In this document: positions 34,328 through 40,200 of the stretch, in pieces
Layout: each line of letters starts with the position of its first letter
Position numbering within the stretch: position 1 is the stretch's first letter
Translations under genes and position numbers: made by a program
Source of the DNA: a virus
Lineage: Duplodnaviria > Caudoviricetes
DNA: 40,200 nucleotides
Direction: 5' to 3' (one strand)
Virus record (IMG/VR): IMGVR_UViG_3300034965_000024
Location: 1-40,200 of that record
The notes under the pieces: model-generated
The model's database searches: none
What the model saw: only the letters and a program-made list of their open reading frames with translations
What the model was told of the DNA's origin: nothing

Positions 34328-34872
34328 ATCATTTTCAGCAGATCATGGGCGGCATTGATGTGTTGCCGCTGTTGATGGCAATTAAGCTTAAGCCAGAGCT
34401 TTGGGATGCGCAGACATTACGCAAAGATCGACCGAACAATGCCCATAAGCAAACGCAAGACATCTGGATACGCTACAACGATCCTGATTTAGTGAATGAG
34501 CCTGATTATACTGAGGAGCACATGTCAGTATGGCATCCGGCCTATTTTGAATTACCTCAGTTGCGGCCTATTATATTCGGATTGATGGCACGGCTAGAAG
34601 CTACTCAGTTAGGAGGCATACTGATTACGAAGATACCGCCAAAAGGCTCTGTATTGCCCCATATCGATAAGGGATGGCACCCTGAATATTATCCTCTCAA
34701 GCTGTATATACCGCTCCAAACTAACGCCCAATGCGTTAATCGGTGCGAGGATGAAATGGTTACCATGAAAACCGGTGATTGTTGGTATTTTTGCAACACG
34801 GTCGAGCACGAAGTGATTAACGAGGGCAATGAAGATCGGATTACCCTAATTATTTGCTTGAGGACCGAATAG
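34324..34872 (+). CDS. Aspartyl/asparaginyl beta-hydroxylase-family 2OG-Fe(II) oxygenase
   Basis: PHID (HxD)...HEVIN...DRITL facial triad plus 2OG-binding Arg. Confidence 0.88.
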   Translation: MNHFQQIMGGIDVLPLLMAIKLKPELWDAQTLRKDRPNNAHKQTQDIWIRYNDPDLVNEPDYTEEHMSVWHPAYFELPQLRPIIFGLMARLEATQLGGILITKIPPKGSVLPHIDKGWHPEYYPLKLYIPLQTNAQCVNRCEDEMVTMKTGDCWYFCNTVEHEVINEGNEDRITLIICLRTE

Positions 34873-35228
34873 TGGAGATTCCAGCCGGAGATCCTATTGA
34901 ATTGCCCGAGGTCGAATGGTGCGTCTCAGACGGTATTTTCATCAAACAAATGGCCATGGATAAAGCGGGTATTTTAGTTCCTCAACATTCGCATAAGTAT
35001 GACCATACTTCTATGCTGGCTAGTGGTTCTGTAAGGGTTTGGAAAGACGGTGTTTATTGGCAGGATGCGCAGGCACCCTTACCGATTTTTATCGAAGCGG
35101 GCGTGAAGCATACCTTTATGAGTCTTGAGCCCAGTGTTATATACTGCATTCATCGAAATGATCGCACCGGATCGGTAGAGATAGTTGAAGAACATCAATT
35201 AGAAGATGCCGCGCGTGAGCGCCGCTAG
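34872..35228 (+). CDS. Cupin-domain protein
   Basis: QHSHKYDH..ML.SGSV...IEAGVKHTF...YCIH; GTG start overlaps the upstream TAG. Confidence 0.85.
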   Translation: MEIPAGDPIELPEVEWCVSDGIFIKQMAMDKAGILVPQHSHKYDHTSMLASGSVRVWKDGVYWQDAQAPLPIFIEAGVKHTFMSLEPSVIYCIHRNDRTGSVEIVEEHQLEDAARERR

Positions 35229-35237
35229 GAGTTAAAA

Positions 35238-36119
35238 ATGCCTTGGGGTATTGCTGCTGGAGTGGTTGGCGGTGCAGTCATTGGTGGCGTTGCTACCAAT
35301 ATGGCGGCCAAAACACAGGCCGGTGCCGCTGGCGATGCGACTGACGCACAAGTGCAGATGTATAACCAGACGCGCGAAGATAACGCATCCGCGCGGTCTT
35401 TGGGAAATTCTGCCATTGCTCAACTGGGTTATGGTATTGGCGTACCTGGTGGTGGTATCGATCAAAACGAATCGAACTTTAACCCGCAAGCCTATCTAGC
35501 TGCTAATCCCGATGTAGCGGCGAATAAATATTACAGCCAAAACCCCTATCAACATTATATCGATCACGGCCAATCTGAAGGGCGTGCTTTCGCTTATACG
35601 CCTTCTGCTCAATCGCAATTAGCCAGCTTATCGCCTTCAAGCGGGTCACAAGGCGGTGTTGGATTAGGCGAATTTAACAAGAAATTCACTCTTGCAGATT
35701 ATCAGGCCGATCCAGGCTATCAATTCCGCGTGGATCAAGGCAAGCAGGCCCTTGAGCGCTCCGCTGCGGCCCGTGGTGGTGTTTTATCCGGTGGCATGCT
35801 CAAGGACCTCACTGATTATTCACAGGGAGCAGCCAGCCAGGAATACGGCAATGCGTACAATCGGTTTAATCAAGATCAATCCTCCCGTTTTGCGCGCTTA
35901 GCCACCTTAGCGGGGTTTGGTTCGGCGGCGAATAATACAACGGCCAGCGCGGGGCAGAATACGGCAAATAATATAGGAAACAATATTATTGGGGCCGGAA
36001 ATGCAACGGCATCGGGCTATGTTGGGGGAGCCAATGCTATTAATAATTCAATCGGTCAGGGTATTAGTGCTTATCAAAATCAACAATATTTAAACAAAAT
36101 CGCACCGAAGGCGGCTTAA
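35238..36119 (+). CDS. DNA ejection/pilot protein (P22 gp7-like)
   Basis: Hydrophobic G/A-rich N-terminus; DPGYQFR..QG..A.ERSAAARGG..SG. Confidence 0.85.
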   Translation: MPWGIAAGVVGGAVIGGVATNMAAKTQAGAAGDATDAQVQMYNQTREDNASARSLGNSAIAQLGYGIGVPGGGIDQNESNFNPQAYLAANPDVAANKYYSQNPYQHYIDHGQSEGRAFAYTPSAQSQLASLSPSSGSQGGVGLGEFNKKFTLADYQADPGYQFRVDQGKQALERSAAARGGVLSGGMLKDLTDYSQGAASQEYGNAYNRFNQDQSSRFARLATLAGFGSAANNTTASAGQNTANNIGNNIIGAGNATASGYVGGANAINNSIGQGISAYQNQQYLNKIAPKAA

Positions 36120-36121
36120 TC

Positions 36122-37501
36122 ATGCCCGTAGATTCCTCGATAGCACTACAGGTCAAGCCGGTTGAAATACCTGATCAGCTAGCCCAATACGGTCGCTTAT
36201 TGCAATTGCAAGGCCTGCAAGGCCAGCAAAAGCTGCAAAGCTTACAGTTGAATCAGGCTCAAAGCGCCGATGCAGAAAATACTGCGTTAAAGGGGGCTTT
36301 GGCCGGTATTCAGCCCGATAGCAGCGGTAATTACGATCTGAAATCGTTAGCGCCCAAATTAATGGCCGTTTCACCGACGCAAGGCGCCGCGATCGTTAAG
36401 AATTTTGGCGAGCTGAACAAGCAGCAAGCCGATCAGCGCAAAAATCAGATAGAAGGCGCCTTAAAACAACTCGATTTTATCGGCCAAGTCGCCTCCGGCG
36501 TTACCGATCAGGCCTCCTACGATCAGGCTAAGGCCTATTTGCAGCAAAATAATATCGATGTTTCCCAGATGCCGCCTAATTACGATCCTAATGCGGTGAA
36601 AATGAATCAAATGCGTGCATTAAGTATTAAGGACCGTTTGGCTAGCGAGCATCAGGCACTAACCCTGGCCGAGACAAAGCGGAACAATCAGTTTAATAAC
36701 CAAAACGCCACGCAAAACACAAATATTGCACAGCAAAATGCCAATACGAGGGCCACAACGGCAGCCGATAGTAAGGCGGGTGGATTTACGCCGGAGATGA
36801 GTGACTTATTGGGCTCCCTGGCCTCGAAGGGCGTATCTCTACCCTCCGGCATGCGCTCACGGCAGCAGCAGATTTCTACGCTCGATGGATTATTGAGAAA
36901 ATACCCCGATCTGAGTTCCGACGAAATCGCGACACAAATAGCCAATGGACAAATTAACTTTGGATCAGACAAAAAAGCCACGACCGTAGCTGCTGCACAA
37001 GAGGGTAAGGTATCGACTGCGGTTAATGAATTGAGCACTTTTGGCGATCAAGTATTGGCGGCTTCCGCCAATGTTCCAAGAACTAAATTTGTGCCGGCCA
37101 ATCAACTCATGCAGATGGCTGAATCGTCTATTTCAGACCCTCAACTATTAACCCTAAAATTAAAATTGAATGCGCTTAATAACGCCTATAACGTCCTGGG
37201 GGCAAGGGGCGGAACCGATGCGGCCTCGCGCGCGCATGTCGCACAACTTTTCTCCGCCGCAACAAGCCCTGAAGGCTTAGAGGCCCTTGTTAAAGGGCTA
37301 AAAGAGGAGGGCGCTGCGGCGCACCAAGCCGCAGCAGATGCGTCCCATTTGGGCGGCAATACCAATGGTCAGCCTGCGAAAGCTACAACGAATGGAGCGC
37401 CTCCGCTACAAAATGCCAAAGGCTGGACCTTGCACACGGACGCGCAGGGTAATAAGGCCTATGTCAGCCCCGACAATAAACAATTCGAGGCGGTGCCCTA
37501 A
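36122..37501 (+). CDS. DNA ejection protein (gp20-like position)
   Basis: MPVDSSIAL start; Q/A-rich helical protein; synteny. Confidence 0.72.
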   Translation: MPVDSSIALQVKPVEIPDQLAQYGRLLQLQGLQGQQKLQSLQLNQAQSADAENTALKGALAGIQPDSSGNYDLKSLAPKLMAVSPTQGAAIVKNFGELNKQQADQRKNQIEGALKQLDFIGQVASGVTDQASYDQAKAYLQQNNIDVSQMPPNYDPNAVKMNQMRALSIKDRLASEHQALTLAETKRNNQFNNQNATQNTNIAQQNANTRATTAADSKAGGFTPEMSDLLGSLASKGVSLPSGMRSRQQQISTLDGLLRKYPDLSSDEIATQIANGQINFGSDKKATTVAAAQEGKVSTAVNELSTFGDQVLAASANVPRTKFVPANQLMQMAESSISDPQLLTLKLKLNALNNAYNVLGARGGTDAASRAHVAQLFSAATSPEGLEALVKGLKEEGAAAHQAAADASHLGGNTNGQPAKATTNGAPPLQNAKGWTLHTDAQGNKAYVSPDNKQFEAVP

Positions 37502-39630
37502 TGCCTTTCGACCTATCGACGGCTAAACCGGTATCGGGTGGGTTTGATTTATCCACGGCTAAGCCTGTCGCTGAAGATCAGGGGGAGCCGTCTTTGCTCG
37601 ATAGCGCCAAACATGCTGTATCAGTGACCGGGCGCGATATTCTTTCAGCTGCTGCTGCCCTGCCGTTATCTGCCGCAGATCTTGCCACAGGAGTTGTTAA
37701 TGTCGGTCGTCGCATTGCAGGTGTCGAGCCCTGGCCATCCGCGAGTGAGAATTTTCAGGCTGGAATGGATTCCGCTGGACTGGATAGGCCACAGACTGCT
37801 AGAGAGCAGCTGGTATCGGCTGCCACTAGAGGCGCAGTCGCTGCTGCTAGTGGGGCTGCTGCTGCTGGTGAGCTGGCCAGCGCTACAACAGGCACTACTA
37901 ACCGAGTCTACGAATCTCTTGCGGCCAATCCTGGCTTGCAGTCTATTTCTGGTGCCACCGCTGGCGGCTCTGGCGAGCTGGCAAGACAAGAAGGCGCAGG
38001 CCCTGGCGGTCAGCTCCTCGCGTCCATGGCGGGAGGTCTTGCTCCTGCTGCCATACAATCAGCGGCCGCCACCATTACTCAGCCTGCACAATATCGAAAT
38101 CGAGTAGAGCCTACACTGGGCAAAGATGCGCTGCCCGGTCAAATAGCTGCACCCTCCGCGCAAGTAGTAGAAGATGCGGCGGCGGCTGGCGCACAAAAGC
38201 TCGGATTAGATTGGTCTAAGGTCGATCAATCTATGCAGGATCAAATAAAGTTACGATTACAGCAATCTATTGCCCTAGGTTCTGATTTGCCGCCAGAGGC
38301 AATTATCCGAGACGCAGTCTATAAATCACAAGGGCTACAAACAACCCGGGCGCTAGTTACTCGTAATTTCGAAGATGCGCTTAATGAGCAGAATTTATTA
38401 ACGACCCCAGAGGGTGGCCCTTTACGCGCTGTTTATGACGCGAACAATTCAGCCATTAGAGACCGCCTCAAAGAATTGACACCAGAAGGGGTTCAGGCGG
38501 TTGATCCGCCGACCTTTGGCGCTCAGTTTAGGGAGCCTATAGCAAAAGGCGAGCGCGCGGCACAGGCCGCCAGCAATGAAGCCTACACCGCTGCACAAGC
38601 GGCAGAGGGTGGAAATAATGCGGACATAACTAAGCTAAACACGTTTTTATCGGAGAATGCAGGAAAGCTAAACAATCGCCCCGCTAGCTCTGGGTTAACT
38701 GCTGATTTAAAAGATCTAGGATTAATGCGCAGCGAGGCTACCAGCCCAGAAATGAATCCTGCTAGCCCGCAATTCACACTGCGCAAACTGGCCTCTGCTA
38801 GAGCGGCGACGAATGAGGCATGGCAGACGGCGAAAAATACCGGCGACACTGTTGCCACTAATCGGCTCAACGAATTGCGCGGAATTCTTGATGAAATGGA
38901 GGCCAATGCGGGAGGTGATTTATATAAAGCTTACCGAACGATTCGCATGGAAAAAGGCGGCGCGTTTGAGAATAACCCGCTTATTGATAAGTTAATTAGT
39001 GATAAAAAAGGCTATATTGGTACCAATATGATAGAGGACTCGGATGTTTTTGACTCTGCTGTCCTGAAATCATCGACAGAGCAGTTTAATAAAGCATGGC
39101 CACTTCTATCTAAGAGCGCACAGGATTTAACGCGCGCTCAACTTGGCAAGTACATCGAAGATAAAGTTTTTTCCAATATGGCGACTAATGAATCTGGCGA
39201 TATTGTCGCTAGCGCGCCAAAACTTGTAAGAGCACTAGAAGGAATTAATCCGCAAAAGCTTGAATTGATTTATGGCGAGAAAAAAGCTGGCGATCTTCAG
39301 CTATTGGCAAAAAGCTTACGGGAAATCTCTAGCCCACCGAAAGGAACAGTTCCGCAGGGATCGGCGCCAAAAATAGAAATGTTAACTCGTACTTTGTTAG
39401 GCGCGTTGAAAGCGGGCGCTAAATTACCGAGTGTTGTAGGCAATACGCTCGGTGGAATTGCTAATGTCATTAAATCGGGTGTTGACTCAAAAAATAATCA
39501 GCGCGCCGTCGAAGATGTGCTGAACGCAATACCAGAGTCCAGCCAAGTTCAAGTGCCGCGTAGATTGCAAATTATTTCTCCCGGCGCAGCCCCCTTGCTA
39601 ACACCATTGGAGCGCCTACAGGCCCAATAA
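37501..39630 (+). CDS. DNA ejection protein (gp16-like position)
   Basis: 709 aa helical; FDLSTAKPV x2; A/G-rich membrane-like segments; synteny. Confidence 0.72.
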   Translation: MPFDLSTAKPVSGGFDLSTAKPVAEDQGEPSLLDSAKHAVSVTGRDILSAAAALPLSAADLATGVVNVGRRIAGVEPWPSASENFQAGMDSAGLDRPQTAREQLVSAATRGAVAAASGAAAAGELASATTGTTNRVYESLAANPGLQSISGATAGGSGELARQEGAGPGGQLLASMAGGLAPAAIQSAAATITQPAQYRNRVEPTLGKDALPGQIAAPSAQVVEDAAAAGAQKLGLDWSKVDQSMQDQIKLRLQQSIALGSDLPPEAIIRDAVYKSQGLQTTRALVTRNFEDALNEQNLLTTPEGGPLRAVYDANNSAIRDRLKELTPEGVQAVDPPTFGAQFREPIAKGERAAQAASNEAYTAAQAAEGGNNADITKLNTFLSENAGKLNNRPASSGLTADLKDLGLMRSEATSPEMNPASPQFTLRKLASARAATNEAWQTAKNTGDTVATNRLNELRGILDEMEANAGGDLYKAYRTIRMEKGGAFENNPLIDKLISDKKGYIGTNMIEDSDVFDSAVLKSSTEQFNKAWPLLSKSAQDLTRAQLGKYIEDKVFSNMATNESGDIVASAPKLVRALEGINPQKLELIYGEKKAGDLQLLAKSLREISSPPKGTVPQGSAPKIEMLTRTLLGALKAGAKLPSVVGNTLGGIANVIKSGVDSKNNQRAVEDVLNAIPESSQVQVPRRLQIISPGAAPLLTPLERLQAQ

Positions 39631-39658
39631 CTCGCTGTGAAGCGACAAGGATATCAGA

Positions 39659-40200
39659 ATGAGTGCATCTCCGCTGCCCTGGCCGCGCGCTAAATTCTTT
39701 ATGCCCGGTACTAATCTCCCTATTGCTGGAGGGAAGGTCTGGACCTATTTGTCCGGTACTACGACACCCCAGCAAACACTAGTTTCGCCTTCGGGTTCTG
39801 CCAATACCAACCCCGTTGTTTTGGATGCAAACGGCGAGGCGCCCATTTATTTAATTGATGGCATTAGCTATACCATTAACGTGCTCGATGCCAGTAATAA
39901 TCAAATCCCTGGGTATCCCGTCGATAATATTATTGTGGCCGATACGGCATTAAGAGCCAACCTAGCGAATACCGCTAGCACGTCCTTGGGCGATGCTTTA
40001 GTTGGCGTTCTTAAAACGGGCGGTCTTGCCACAACTCAACACAATGTTAATGAAAATAGGCCTTTTAATCTAAAAACAGACTGGCCCAGCACGGTAGGCG
40101 ATGGGGTTACAGATGACGGTCCTGAGCTAGTTTTAGGGATTGCCGCAGGGAAAGAGTTAGAGCTTTCGAATGGCACCTATTTAACATCCACGGTAGCGGT
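39659..40200 (+). CDS. Tailspike N-terminal part (head-binding domain); continues at the window start; not in ORF track
   Basis: Hand translation MSASPLPWPRAKFF...PIAGGKVWTYLSGTTTP...ANTNPVVLDANGEAPIYL...GDGVTDD; AAGGA RBS; no stop before the end. Confidence 0.9.
   Translation, partial: MSASPLPWPRAKFFMPGTNLPIAGGKVWTYLSGTTTPQQTLVSPSGSANTNPVVLDANGEAPIYLIDGISYTINVLDASNNQIPGYPVDNIIVADTALRANLANTASTSLGDALVGVLKTGGLATTQHNVNENRPFNLKTDWPSTVGDGVTDDGPELVLGIAAGKELELSNGTYLTSTVA
40074..40200. repeat. Terminal direct repeat, copy 2
   Basis: Identical to 1-127. Confidence 0.95.

Overview
The window appears to be one complete, circularly permuted dsDNA phage genome of about 40,073 bp. Bases 1-127 repeat exactly at 40074-40200, and the tailspike gene reads in frame across the join. 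The virion module is P22-like podovirus: terS, PBSX-type terL, portal, scaffold, N4-gp56-type capsid, adaptor, gp10-like hub, needle/fibre, three ejection proteins and a tailspike. A lysozyme cassette follows it. The early region is lambdoid: Rad52-like annealing protein, 3'-5' exonuclease, Dam, Cro, DUF1376/DUF6475 replication genes, NinB and NinG. I found no integrase, CI repressor or Q. The most striking signal is a layer of RNA-level control that the ORF track misses. It comprises (1) a 58-aa CsrA/RsmA homolog; (2) back-to-back promoters at about 12.3 kb driving a candidate ~105-nt sRNA whose junction segments are complementary to the structured leader of the replication operon, with both RNAs carrying CAGGAUG; (3) a ~220-nt structured RNA with a tRNA-like domain; (4) GUGA-tetraloop hairpins before four late genes; and (5) an 11-bp inverted repeat bracketing the scaffold gene. 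Also notable are a DnaA-box array before terS, a 2OG-Fe(II) hydroxylase plus cupin in the tail module, a Tad2-like domain and a GX-repeat protein. The host is probably gammaproteobacterial (inference). All family calls are motif recognition by eye and all RNA folds are hand-derived; no searches were run.
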